Source: a virus
Lineage: Duplodnaviria; Heunggongvirae; Uroviricota; Caudoviricetes
DNA: 23,325 bases
Strand: one strand, 5' to 3'
Virus record (IMG/VR): IMGVR_UViG_2585427734_000005
Shown: positions 1-8,590 of the stretch, in pieces
How positions within the stretch are numbered: position 1 is the stretch's first letter
Layout of the letters: each line of letters begins with the position of its first letter
Notes under the pieces: generated by a model
Database searches by the model: none
Told to the model about the DNA's origin: nothing
What the model saw: the letters and a program-made list of their open reading frames with translations, nothing else
Translations under genes and position numbers: made by a program

Positions 1-1236
1 CTACGATAACCGCGCATTCAACATGGCTATCTGTTCGTCGTTCATGTCATCAATCCACATACCGTAAATTTCATACACCATCTGCGCAGTTTCATGCCCC
101 ATTTGGCTGGCTATAAATGCCGGGTTCGCTCCTGCCGTCAACAGCCAGCAGGCAAAAGTATGCCGCGTATGGTACGGATTACGGCGGCGAATACCAGCAC
201 GTTTTACTGCTGCATTCCACCTTGCCCCCAAACTGCTTACCGAGTAATAAGGTTTTTGTTTTCCGTTACACACCCTGGGCATGAAAACAAAATGCAGTTT
301 TTGCTTTTCGGTTCTGCCGTACTCCCGATGATAAAAGGTGATTTCGCTTTTGCGATGATGCCCGGTCAGTTTGTATTGCTCCTTCAGTGCTTCAAGAGCA
401 GGCTGCAGTAGTGTTACTGTTCGGATCCCGGCATTTGTTTTTGGGGGGCCGAACATATCAAGTATCGTCAGGTTTCTTCTGACATTCACTATTCCCTTTT
501 CGAGATCCACATCCTCCCACGCCAGAGCTGCCAGTTCCCCGTGACGAAGTCCTGAGTAAACGGCAAATTTCCACAAGTTCTGGCTCTGTCCTTTTTCACT
601 TTCCATTAATGCATTGAATTCTGTTTTAGATAACGGATCAGGCTTTATTCTGTTTCGCTGTAATTTTTTTACTCCTTCAAATGGTTTGGTTGATATAAAT
701 CCCGACTGATACGCAAAACGCAACAGCGAACAGAGCAGGGCGATATAGTTATCAACTGTGCGCACGGTTCTTCCTTTTTTGTTGGATCTTGGATTATCCA
801 GGTAAAGCGTTTCTCCATGCAGCAGTTCATTCCGGTAGTTTAAGATATCGCTATAACGAATATGTGATATCGGGGTACTTTCACAAATTATTATTCTGAG
901 TGTTTTTAATTGTGATTTCGTTTTCTTCATTGTGTTTGTTGTTAACTCTGTCTCTTTAATTTTTGTCCAGATATCACAAAGCTCTCCGAACGTTTTTATG
1001 ACTCTCGTTGTCACCATTTTTGCCCCAGTGCTGGACTGGGGAAAACGTCTTAAATACTCAAATTCACCGGAGTTTATTTCATGAACTATCAGCGCTCTTA
1101 AATTTCCGGCCTTTTTAATATTACTGTTTGTAATCTCCCAGCCTTTTAATGTTTCCCGACATCGTTTTCCTCGAAACATGAACCAGATGCGAATGTATCT
1201 ACCTCTAATCTCGACACCTGTTGGTAATTTAGACAT
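1..1236 (-). CDS. intR: Prophage tyrosine integrase (Rac IntR-like), 411 aa
   Basis: Complete minus-strand ORF with ATG at 1234-1236 and stop at the window edge (1-3). The protein matches the Rac prophage integrase as I recall it, and the C-terminal region (HTRHTFACWLL...YEIYG) fits a tyrosine recombinase catalytic domain. Confidence 0.9.
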   Translation of the reverse strand: MSKLPTGVEIRGRYIRIWFMFRGKRCRETLKGWEITNSNIKKAGNLRALIVHEINSGEFEYLRRFPQSSTGAKMVTTRVIKTFGELCDIWTKIKETELTTNTMKKTKSQLKTLRIIICESTPISHIRYSDILNYRNELLHGETLYLDNPRSNKKGRTVRTVDNYIALLCSLLRFAYQSGFISTKPFEGVKKLQRNRIKPDPLSKTEFNALMESEKGQSQNLWKFAVYSGLRHGELAALAWEDVDLEKGIVNVRRNLTILDMFGPPKTNAGIRTVTLLQPALEALKEQYKLTGHHRKSEITFYHREYGRTEKQKLHFVFMPRVCNGKQKPYYSVSSLGARWNAAVKRAGIRRRNPYHTRHTFACWLLTAGANPAFIASQMGHETAQMVYEIYGMWIDDMNDEQIAMLNARLS

Positions 1237-1237
1237 A

Positions 1238-1453
1238 TCATGAGTCTTTGATAAACTGATTTATCTTTGGATAGTTGTACCAGATAATCCCTCGTTTGCT
1301 GTCTGGCTTACCTAAAGGAGATACTCGTTTGAAGTGGAAGCCCTCCACCCAACAGTTCTGGCGGTATGCTTCAATTTGTCTGGCCCCCAGACCAGTGCGA
1401 AGCATCAGGCCGTATTCAACCATCCACTCTTCATTAAAGATTACTTGTGCCAT
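1238..1453 (-). CDS. xisR: Excisionase-like small protein (YdaQ/XisR-like), 71 aa from the first ATG
   Basis: Minus-strand ORF immediately upstream of the integrase start. The listed 79-aa ORF begins at a TTG; the first ATG is at 1451-1453, preceded by GAGGTGA at a 5-nt spacing, and gives [15 protein letters not shown]... (71 aa). Confidence 0.6.
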   Translation of the reverse strand: MAQVIFNEEWMVEYGLMLRTGLGARQIEAYRQNCWVEGFHFKRVSPLGKPDSKRGIIWYNYPKINQFIKDS

Positions 1454-1531
1454 CGCATCACCTCTGGCAGGCGCCAATGTTAGACTGAAATTGACGCCCG
1501 ATGTTGATTATTAATAATCAGCTATGAAGTT

Positions 1532-1741
1532 TTAATTTGAATACAATGCAATTCTCGAGGACTGAAGTTTCTCGCAATTAAAATTTATCAGTTTTACTTT
1601 CTGCTCTCTGGAAACGCCTGCTTCTTTTTTACCTGAGAGCATTTTTTCGCATTCTGATTTCGTTAGTTTAGATTTTGAATATCTTGTCCAGTTAGTAGGA
1701 GTGCCACCTTCCTTTTCAATAGTGGCGGTAATTTTATACAT
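1532..1741 (-). CDS. ydaC: Small Rac-prophage protein YdaC-like (69 aa from internal ATG; 73 or 93 aa with upstream starts)
   Basis: Minus-strand ORF 1532-1813. The ATG at 1739-1741 is preceded by GGAGGTG (3-nt spacing) and lies 2 nt downstream of the ralR stop (1734-1736). Start choice is ambiguous. Confidence 0.5.
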   Translation of the reverse strand: MYKITATIEKEGGTPTNWTRYSKSKLTKSECEKMLSGKKEAGVSREQKVKLINFNCEKLQSSRIALYSN

Positions 1742-1928
1742 GAACACCTCCATTATTATTTCCAGTGGTTCGTTTATTCCATCTTTCGAGTGCTTCTTTT
1801 TCACTTCCACCATAACCGGTTCGGGATTCGCATCCGTTACACTTCGCTCGGTAATATCCTGAAATGGCTTTCACCGTTACTGATGGGCAACCACAAAATG
1901 GACATGGTTTAATATTGTCATATCTCAT
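1734..1928 (-). CDS. ralR: Restriction alleviation protein RalR/Lar, 64 aa
   Basis: Translation from the ATG at 1926-1928 gives MRYDNIKPCPFCGCPSVTVKAISGYYRAKCNGCESRTGYGGSEKEALERWNKRTTGNNNGGVHV, a Cys4 zinc-ribbon protein matching Rac RalR from memory. Two in-frame upstream ATGs exist (ORF runs to 1967). Confidence 0.85.
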   Translation of the reverse strand: MRYDNIKPCPFCGCPSVTVKAISGYYRAKCNGCESRTGYGGSEKEALERWNKRTTGNNNGGVHV

Positions 1929-1984
1929 AATTTTTCTCATAAAAAATATTTCAAGTTGGCGGTGCATTACCCCGCCAGGCTGAA

Positions 1985-2794
1985 TTATTCCTCTGAATTA
2001 TCGATTACACTGTATTCCCCGGTTAATACAGAGGAATCTGCAGGATCGATTGTCAGTGGTTCCTTTTCATCCATTGATACTGCACGCTGGATCTCAATTG
2101 ATACGGGCAAATATTTGAACAGGCGACGAATAGCCGTTTTCTTTGCCATTTCTTCCCAGTGAGTTACCCACGGCCCGTTATTACCAGCTTTACTCAGGCT
2201 GCGCACCAGCTCAATCTGTTTGCGCGTCATAACTTCAAACTGAGTACCTCCGTCTTTCAGTCTTGCGACAGCATAGACGTGGGTAACCGGGGCATCTTCG
2301 TTTTCTCCCGGGCGGTGTATTAACTTTTCATCAAGGCCAAATTCGAAGCTAAACTCGTCACCTTCACGGACAACACGGGCTGACAGGCTGGCGATTTGAC
2401 CAGAACGGCGAGCCAGATCAATCATGCCGCGATAGCCAATGATTAGCTGAACGTTCTTTTTACCGCTCTTTTCGTTTTTATTACCAAAAGGCAGTAAATA
2501 TGCATGACCGAGGGCGCTACCTGGCTCAAGTCCGAGCTGTGAACACTGTACGATCGCACTGACAAAACTCATAGTGTCACAGTTTCCTAACGCCGGAACT
2601 TTACGAATTTCTGTGGTGGCGATACGGATCATACGTTCAGCCGTCATATGGCGTGGAAGAGCTGCTGCCAGTTGCTCTTTCATTGATGGCTGGTTAATAA
2701 AACTAATCACGTCGCTATTTTTAACTGCTGCTGGTGCACGGTTTCCCTGAGTTTTTTGCAGATCGGCTTTTGCGATTGGTGGTTGCTTAGTCAT
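1985..2794 (-). CDS. recT: Recombinase RecT (single-strand annealing protein), 269 aa
   Basis: Translation from the ATG at 2792-2794 (AAGGAA SD upstream) gives [55 protein letters not shown]..., matching RecT. It overlaps the recE stop by 8 nt, as in the known recET operon. Confidence 0.95.
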   Translation of the reverse strand: MTKQPPIAKADLQKTQGNRAPAAVKNSDVISFINQPSMKEQLAAALPRHMTAERMIRIATTEIRKVPALGNCDTMSFVSAIVQCSQLGLEPGSALGHAYLLPFGNKNEKSGKKNVQLIIGYRGMIDLARRSGQIASLSARVVREGDEFSFEFGLDEKLIHRPGENEDAPVTHVYAVARLKDGGTQFEVMTRKQIELVRSLSKAGNNGPWVTHWEEMAKKTAIRRLFKYLPVSIEIQRAVSMDEKEPLTIDPADSSVLTGEYSVIDNSEE

Positions 2795-4172
2795 TTGCAT
2801 ATTCCTTAGCCCAGCGGGGCAGTGATAATGTCTTAATAGCTGGCCATTCATCGGTATTCAGGCAGTCAGACAGGGTTCGCAGATTGCGGTGATATTCCTG
2901 TTGACCTGCCAGTTTTGCTTCTTCGCCCATCATGAAAATTTCAACCGGATAACGTCCGCATTCAATAGTTGTGCTGGCAACCAGAAAAACGAAAGTTGGC
3001 TGCACTCCAAACTGTGCTTCATAACCGTCACTGTAGAATGCATCCTGAACGTGATAGCGGTAGTCGTAATAAGCGGTTTTGAATCGTTGAATATCCGCCG
3101 TAGTTTTCACGTCCATGATCCAGTGAAATTCAGGGATAATTTTGTCCGGACGGCACCGACACAAAATTCCTGTTTCAGGATCTTCCCAGTAAATTGATGA
3201 TTCAGCGTGTCCGGCGCTTTCAACAAGCCATTGCCCCAGCGGCAAAGCCATAACGCTTTGATACATGAGTTCAATTTTCCGGCCTTCTTCCGCAGTGATA
3301 ACCGTTTTTCCTGTGCTTGCGCATTCCATCAGAAACGCTTTCTCTTCTTCTTTTCCGGCGTTTGTACGGCGGTTAAATTCAGGTGCTACGATAAAGCGGT
3401 TACTGAATTCTTCCGGTTCAAGTACCCGGCAGTGGAAAGCAGTTCCTAAATCGAGCGTTTTTGTCTTTGTGGTGTCCACGGGGGCATTTTTACGCCACAA
3501 ATATAGTGCCGGAGTATCAGCAATGTCATCGAGCTGAGACTTACTGATACCGGGACCCGCGTGGTAATTCTCATTCGAAATTCCGTAATAAATACCTGGC
3601 TCTATGTCTTCTACGATTACGGGATCTGCGACTTCGCCAGTTTCATCACTGCAATCGCGATGCGGATCGCTGCCAGCATTCTCATTGTGCGGATGTTCAG
3701 CGCCTTCCATTTCCTCCGGATCATTTTCCTTAGCTTCAACCTGACTCTCTTCATCGAATGTTTCCTGGTATGTTGCGTCGCCCATCACCGCACCACAGTC
3801 AGGGCAGTTATCCCCGCCAGTCTGGCCGCAGGCATTGCAGGCTATTTCCGGTTCCTGTTGCACTACTGGCTCAGGTTGATTCATATCCGGGCTGGTTTTT
3901 TCCGTTTCTGGCTGGTTCTGGTACACACAATCGCGAGTCTGGATCCCCTTTACCCATTTCGGATCGTTCGGGTCGCTAATTCCGTCAACAAATTCATCAC
4001 GTGATGCAGCAAGCAATTTATCGGCATCGACAGGATTTTTTGATGGAATGTTTTTCCGGGCTTTATGGAGTTCTGCCCGCAGTTCCTGATATTTCGCATC
4101 AACAGAATTTACCTGTGACTGAGCATCCAGCGGCTGCGTGTCCTGATGATGTTCAGTTGCGTCCGGTTCCAT
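2787..4172 (-). CDS. recE: recE 3' portion: ORF for the C-terminal 461 aa of exonuclease VIII (contains the nuclease domain)
   Basis: Minus-strand ORF starting at ATG 4170-4172, preceded by GGGAGAGG at an 8-nt spacing. The protein ([15 protein letters not shown]...[10 protein letters not shown]) matches the RecE C-terminal region. The frame upstream of the ATG reads ...[23 protein letters not shown], which is also RecE-like. Confidence 0.7.
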
Positions 4173-4984
4173 TGTTTCAGCCTCTCCCTGTTCAACTGCC
4201 GTTGTTCCAGATGGTTGCGGTTTTTCTTCATCATCCTGTTTCCGCCGCCAGCATTAGCACCGGAAGCCGTGCGAGTGATGTGTGAAACACGATTACCCTT
4301 CATCCACTCTTTTGTCAGCAGTCCTCGATCGGTGTAGTCAGCGTTCAGGTATGCTTCGAAAAAAGCAGTTATCAGTCCCAGGTTTGAATTACCAGGATTA
4401 GGGAAAACTTTGTCAGTGTCACGAACCAGTTTGTGGAGTTCGCGAATTTCCAGCGGGTCGAGCAGGCTGGTTTTGTGGGAAACAGCCAGGGCAGTAACAG
4501 CCGGTAGTTCTTCAGCCCGAGCAATGTGTAATGCCTGGAGTCCGTCGCGTGAAACGTGCGTTACCGGTTTTTCGCTGCCGTGTTGAGCAAGCCAACGAAT
4601 GGGCAGTTCCTGGCCAGAAATTGGGAGTAGCATATTCTCCTCAATCTCAGTCATGTCTTCGCCGTTGACGTTGGTATTGCCTTGATAGTGAGCGTTGTCT
4701 GGTGCTGCTCCCGGTTTTAGTTCCCATGTCATGGAGTCTTTGCTGAGTTGATAGCGTTCACTCCAGGTAAAATCGATCTCACCTTCAGCGGGCAGGTCAT
4801 TAACGACAGGAAAATTCGTGGCAACAGCTTTAAAATAGCTGCTCAGTTTTTTACCTGACTTAACGATCAGGTAGTCCAGAGTGGCACAGGTCGATTCAAA
4901 ATCGTTGCTTGCCCACAGGACGACGTCAGGTTCACCGGATGATTTTTTCGCTTTCCGTAACAGGAAGAGTGGTTTTGTGCTCAT
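4109..4984 (-). pseudogene. recE: recE 5' fragment: RecE N-terminal ~249 aa, then a frameshifted 42-codon tail
   Basis: ORF from ATG 4982-4984 gives [30 protein letters not shown]...[10 protein letters not shown] (RecE N-terminus), then runs out of frame relative to the downstream RecE ORF. The whole recE span (2787-4984) is 2198 nt against 2601 nt for the 866-codon K-12 gene. Confidence 0.7.
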
Positions 4985-5085
4985 TGTTTTTTAACCTCAA
5001 CTCAGATTAAAATTCGTTTTGTTCAGTGAATGATCTTGCCGGATACACACTGTTCATAGCCTGCGCCATACGCAGGCTATTTCTT

Positions 5086-5361
5086 TCAGATTTCACCTTT
5101 TAATTTCATTGCAATTAGAGTTGCCAGAAATTCGGCTTTTTTTTCTGCGGGCAGATTCTTTCCGATATGCACCAGGCACATTTTTTTGACACCTTCATCA
5201 AGTGTTTTTACGTTGCCTGATGGACCATCGATATCAACCACAGTGAATGGGGCTTCTTTATTTTCTGTTTTAATTACGTAGCCAATGCGCTTTCCTTCCA
5301 GATTCACCTCGTGAACAATGTCATCGGTAGTTACAACAGTGGCTTCATAATTGGTAATCAT
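5086..5361 (-). CDS. racC: RacC-like protein, 91 aa
   Basis: ATG at 5359-5361 with AAGGAG at a 6-nt spacing. Product MITNYEATVVTTDDIVHEVNLEGKRIGYVIKTENKEAPF... matches RacC from memory. Confidence 0.85.
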   Translation of the reverse strand: MITNYEATVVTTDDIVHEVNLEGKRIGYVIKTENKEAPFTVVDIDGPSGNVKTLDEGVKKMCLVHIGKNLPAEKKAEFLATLIAMKLKGEI

Positions 5362-5435
5362 GTTTTTCTCCTTAATTAAGGTTGAGCGAATACCTGCCAT
5401 TTCTGGCATAAATTCAGTTTCGAATAGTCAATTAA

Positions 5436-5606
5436 TTAAAGTTCATGTGCCATCTGGTCTTTTTCGGCACAAGCTTCACTGCAATATTTTCTCGGTTCGT
5501 CTTTTGATAAAATCCCGTGCATGAAGTGAAGCATTCTTTCAATAGCTTTGCTTTCTTCAACGTCTTTTTTGCAAAGGTGGTAAGCACATTTTATTTTCTT
5601 AGTCAT
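5436..5606 (-). CDS. ydaE: Small Cys-rich protein YdaE-like, 56 aa
   Basis: Translated by hand as [56 protein letters not shown]. Its ATG (5604-5606) overlaps the kilR stop by one base (TGATG), suggesting translational coupling. Not in the supplied ORF track (under 60 aa). Confidence 0.65.
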   Translation of the reverse strand: MTKKIKCAYHLCKKDVEESKAIERMLHFMHGILSKDEPRKYCSEACAEKDQMAHEL

Positions 5607-5827
5607 CACCATGACTCCGCCTTTACAGGTAAACCATCACGACCGAGGAAGACTTTAATCATGCGGTCAGTAATGCATGTTTTTGTGGTCAGGTTACGAA
5701 TATATAGTTTTCGCTTTTTAATATTGTTTGCCGAGGCAATATATGTCCGGCCTTCATGAAGAACATAATCGCCAGGAGTCACACACTGACGTGGTATTTC
5801 ATCAGTTCCGAAGTGATGTGCAATCAT
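5606..5827 (-). CDS. kilR: Killing protein KilR (cell-division inhibitor), 73 aa
   Basis: ATG at 5825-5827 preceded by GGAGA at a 6-nt spacing. Product [73 protein letters not shown] matches KilR from memory. Confidence 0.85.
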   Translation of the reverse strand: MIAHHFGTDEIPRQCVTPGDYVLHEGRTYIASANNIKKRKLYIRNLTTKTCITDRMIKVFLGRDGLPVKAESW

Positions 5828-6268
5828 AATTATCTCCATTTTTACAAATGAACTTTGTTGATGCGGTGCCTGGTGCCTCCAGGTGACTGCAACCAGTTAA
5901 CAATTACAGTCGGCTTTCCCACCCAAACCAATAAGGACTAACATGACTTTTAACTGTGCCACGTGCGCTTAGCCGCATTCACCGCATCACAAAATTCACT
6001 TTAAAAAGGGCGGACATCAGCCGAACTTCAAGAAAAAAACTGATGCCGCCAGGACTACACACAGCAATGTCGTTATTTACAACCGGAGGCGCACTCCCAC
6101 CATTTAAATTTAACAGACAAGACCGACTCTTTATGGATATCGGAAATGCGCCTTCGTGTTGTGCCCGGTTTTATTTCACCACCTCCGGGCTTCGGTGGTC
6201 TCGGCTATACCCCTACAGCGAGAGCTTGTGTTAACATTTCAATACCCTTACAGTTGAGAGTTATTGAT

Positions 6269-6757
6269 ATGTTGGATGTATTTCCTCCATTGTTGAAACT
6301 TTTTGCTAACGAGCCACTCGAAAGACTTATGTATACGATTATCATTTTTGGTCTCACTCTCTGGCTGATACCGAAAGAGTTTACTGTCGCATTCAATGCT
6401 TATACTGAAATACCTTGGCTCTTTCAGATTATCGTTTTTGCCTTTTCTTTCGTGGTCGCCATTTCCTTCTCAAGATTGCGAGCACATATTCAAAAGCATT
6501 ATTCATTACTGCCAGAGCAACGAGTATTGCTTCGTTTATCTGAGAAAGAAATCGCTGTATTTAAAGATTTCCTTAAAACAGGAAATCTTATTATCACTTC
6601 TCCTTGCCGTAACCCGGTTATGAAAAAATTAGAACGGAAGGGCATCATTCAACATCAGAGTGATAGCGCAAACTGTTCTTATTATCTCGTCACCGAAAAA
6701 TACTCCCATTTTATGAAGTTATTCTGGAACAGCAGGAGTAGACGTTTTAATCGTTAG
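6269..6757 (+). CDS. sieB: Superinfection exclusion protein SieB, 162 aa
   Basis: ATG at 6269 (GAGAG upstream). Product MLDVFPPLLKLFANEPLERLMYTIIIFGLTLWLIPKEF... has hydrophobic N-terminal segments and matches SieB. The listed ORF extends upstream to 6146 but lacks an ATG with an RBS there. Confidence 0.85.
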   Translation: MLDVFPPLLKLFANEPLERLMYTIIIFGLTLWLIPKEFTVAFNAYTEIPWLFQIIVFAFSFVVAISFSRLRAHIQKHYSLLPEQRVLLRLSEKEIAVFKDFLKTGNLIITSPCRNPVMKKLERKGIIQHQSDSANCSYYLVTEKYSHFMKLFWNSRSRRFNR

Positions 6758-6909
6758 CTTACTGTGTGCTTCTCCAACCATCGGCGCGCACCAGTTTCGG
6801 TTTTAAATGTTTTGCTTTTGGTATACGTCATGGCAGTGAACGTTCCATCCTGGTTGGGGAACACGCCGCACACCAGGGATTCGTTGTTGCCGAGGTCGAT
6901 TTTTTGCAT
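6754..6909 (-). CDS. ydaF: Small protein YdaF-like, 51 aa
   Basis: Hand translation from ATG 6907-6909 gives MQKIDLGNNESLVCGVFPNQDGTFTAMTYTKSKTFKTETGARRWLEKHTVS. Its 3' end overlaps the sieB stop convergently. Not in the ORF track (under 60 aa). Confidence 0.65.
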   Translation of the reverse strand: MQKIDLGNNESLVCGVFPNQDGTFTAMTYTKSKTFKTETGARRWLEKHTVS

Positions 6910-6919
6910 TTTGCGAATC

Positions 6920-7054
6920 TCACATCTTGTTGCTACGTATAGCGACTTCTGCCTGCCAGAGATCCCAGTCGTTGCTGCGTAAAGCCTGCACAGCCTGGTT
7001 GTAAGTGATACCGCAACAATCCATCAAATACTGAACTACTTCGTAATGCACCAT
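6920..7054 (-). CDS. ydaG: Small protein YdaG-like, 44 aa
   Basis: Hand translation from ATG 7052-7054 (GGGGAGAGA upstream) gives MVHYEVVQYLMDCCGITYNQAVQALRSNDWDLWQAEVAIRSNKM. It is the first gene downstream of the putative leftward promoter. Confidence 0.65.
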   Translation of the reverse strand: MVHYEVVQYLMDCCGITYNQAVQALRSNDWDLWQAEVAIRSNKM

Positions 7055-7225
7055 CTTATCTCTCCCCTTAACGCCGGGTGGCGGAACTAACTGCTGCACT
7101 GCAAAATTTGAATCCCGCCGTCATGTTCTTACGCCTCGGGCTGGCTACTTAACCCCTGACCACTGCCTGGTAACTCGAAGTATTGCCCTGCATTCTGTGG
7201 GGCGGGGGGGGTTGGTATGAAAAGA

Positions 7226-7266
7226 AGGATACCCATAGGTATTTAAAAAGTAAATACCCATGGGTA
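7226..7266 (-). promoter_or_regulatory. Putative leftward early promoter (pL-like) overlapped by two operator-like dyads
   Basis: On the minus strand: -35 TTTACT (plus 7249-7254), 17-bp spacer, -10 TATCCT (plus 7226-7231). Overlapped by ATACCCATAGGTAT (7229-7242) and the perfect palindrome TACCCATGGGTA (7255-7266). Lies between the repressor 3' end and ydaG. Confidence 0.4.
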
Positions 7267-7308
7267 ACTTTTTGCGGTGTCTTAACTGGTGACTAGTTGT
7301 TTGGTGAG

Positions 7309-7728
7309 CTATGATGCGTTTTGTGCTTTCTTTTTACGGATTTCTTCGTAGATCATATTGTAATACTGTTTTTTCTCTTCAAGAGTTTTTAATAAGTTAT
7401 CCGCTTCACTTTCTGGCAGTTCGTCTAAGAGATCTAAAAAAATACGTTGTCGTGGCGTTAGAACCCTTGTTTCATAACTGGAGGCTGTGTTCGTTGATGA
7501 TGAAACGATACCATCCATCCATCCCCGGGGTAACCCAAAGGACTCTTCGATAATCTCCACCATATCATCAGCGATCCGTTTTTTTCCCTTTTTCCCCTCT
7601 GGGTACAACATTCTTGATACATAAGAAGGCTCGCGCCCGATCTTTCTGGCCACGTTAACCGCTTTACCATCGCATTTCTCATCACGAATTTTGATGAGTT
7701 GCTGTCGTCTAAATTCATATTTGTCCAT
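7309..7728 (-). CDS. Prophage repressor (RacR-like), 139 aa
   Basis: Minus-strand ORF divergent from the Cro-like gene. Position and orientation match racR in Rac, and the N-terminal segment (AVNVARKIGREPSYVSRM) looks like a helix-turn-helix. The ATG at 7726-7728 has no SD and sits about 7 nt after a TATTAT -10, suggesting a leaderless mRNA. Confidence 0.6.
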   Translation of the reverse strand: MDKYEFRRQQLIKIRDEKCDGKAVNVARKIGREPSYVSRMLYPEGKKGKKRIADDMVEIIEESFGLPRGWMDGIVSSSTNTASSYETRVLTPRQRIFLDLLDELPESEADNLLKTLEEKKQYYNMIYEEIRKKKAQNAS

Positions 7729-7757
7729 AGGTAAATAATAGATGCGATTACTGCAAG

Positions 7758-7828
7758 GTAAACAACCTGTGGGTATTGACTTTTGTTTACCTGTGGGTAT
7801 TCTTTGCTGTGTTTACTAAGGAGTAGCT
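7758..7828 (+). promoter_or_regulatory. Divergent promoter/operator region (pR-like rightward promoter; candidate leaderless repressor promoter on the opposite strand)
   Basis: Rightward: -35 TTGACT (7776-7781), 16-bp spacer, -10 TATTCT (7798-7803), SD AAGGAG (7818-7823), ATG 7829. Two copies of CCTGTGGGTAT (7766-7776, 7790-7800) overlap these elements. Leftward -10 TATTAT (plus 7735-7740) and -35 GTTTAC (plus 7758-7763) lie just left of this span. Confidence 0.45.
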
Positions 7829-8110
7829 ATGGAAGAATTAAGAATATTTCTCAATTCTCTTTCGTCAGATGAACAGCGTATGTTTGCATGCGAGTGTGGT
7901 ACCAGCATCGGTTATCTAAGAAAGGCATTGAGTAAAGGTCAAGTGTTAGGGGCATCGTTATGTGTCCTTATTGAGGGAGCCAGTAATGGTGAAGTTACAC
8001 GTCAGCAACTAAGGCCTTTTGATTGGATGAATATTTGGCCCGAGCTGGAAGATACCAAAATGTTAACACAACCACTTTCTAGGAGCTTGATTCATGAAAA
8101 TCAAGCATGA
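7829..8110 (+). CDS. Cro/YdaS-like small DNA-binding regulator, 93 aa
   Basis: ATG with AAGGAG SD, divergent from the repressor. The motif ...FACECGTSIGYLRKALSKG...RQQLRPFDW... resembles the YdaS/Cro-like family. Its 3' end overlaps the next gene. Confidence 0.6.
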   Translation: MEELRIFLNSLSSDEQRMFACECGTSIGYLRKALSKGQVLGASLCVLIEGASNGEVTRQQLRPFDWMNIWPELEDTKMLTQPLSRSLIHENQA

Positions 8111-8519
8111 ACACATCCGCATGGCGATGAATGCCTGGGCGCATCCGGACGGTGAAAAAGTTCCGGCAGCTGAAATAACCAGGGCTTATTTTGAACTGGG
8201 TATGACGTTCCCAGAACTGTATGACGACAGCCATCCGGAAGCCCTGGCTCGCAATACCCAGAAAATTTTCCGCTGGGTAGAGAAAGACACCCCTGATGCA
8301 GTTGAAAAAATTCAGGCGTTGTTACCAGCTATCGAAAAAGCAATGCCACCTCTGCTGGTGGCCCGAATGCGCAGCCATAGCTCAGCCTATTTTCGGGAAC
8401 TAGTGGAGACGCGGGAACGACTGGTGAGAGACGCTGATGATTTTGTCGCAGTGGCGATCGCTGGTTTCAACCAGATGAATCGTGGTGGCCCTGCAGGAAA
8501 TATTGTGGCTGTGCATTGA
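8094..8519 (+). CDS. YdaT-like protein (CII-like regulator or toxin domain family), 141 aa
   Basis: Starts MKIKHEHI..., as I recall for Rac YdaT, and has a similar length. The ATG at 8094 overlaps the upstream gene (AGGAGC SD at a 7-nt spacing). Confidence 0.6.
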   Translation: MKIKHEHIRMAMNAWAHPDGEKVPAAEITRAYFELGMTFPELYDDSHPEALARNTQKIFRWVEKDTPDAVEKIQALLPAIEKAMPPLLVARMRSHSSAYFRELVETRERLVRDADDFVAVAIAGFNQMNRGGPAGNIVAVH

Positions 8520-8590
8520 CTCGCAATATTCATACCGGATCACTTCCGGCAATTTGTGAGTAAAAAGATTCGGTATCAAAAGAGGTGAGT

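Noticed and set aside
94-411. 105-aa plus-strand ORF inside the integrase gene
   Set aside because: Lies antisense within a well-supported integrase CDS, has no RBS and a low-complexity product; an antisense frame artefact.
2889-4337. Several plus-strand ORFs (63 to 147 aa) antisense to recE
   Set aside because: All are embedded antisense in the RecE coding region, have no recognisable start signals or family resemblance; typical shadow ORFs.
5057-5080. Hairpin AGCCTGCG-N5-CGCAGGCT between racC and recE, considered as the terminator that silences recE
   Set aside because: On the mRNA-sense (minus) strand it is not followed by a U-run, so it is not a canonical intrinsic terminator; its function is undetermined.
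5956-6234. 92-aa plus-strand ORF in the kilR-sieB intergenic region, and the long 203-aa form of sieB starting at 6146
   Set aside because: No SD or ATG context. SieB is explained by the ATG at 6269 with an RBS, and the extension encodes a Pro/Gly-rich low-complexity leader. The region more likely holds promoters and RNA structure.
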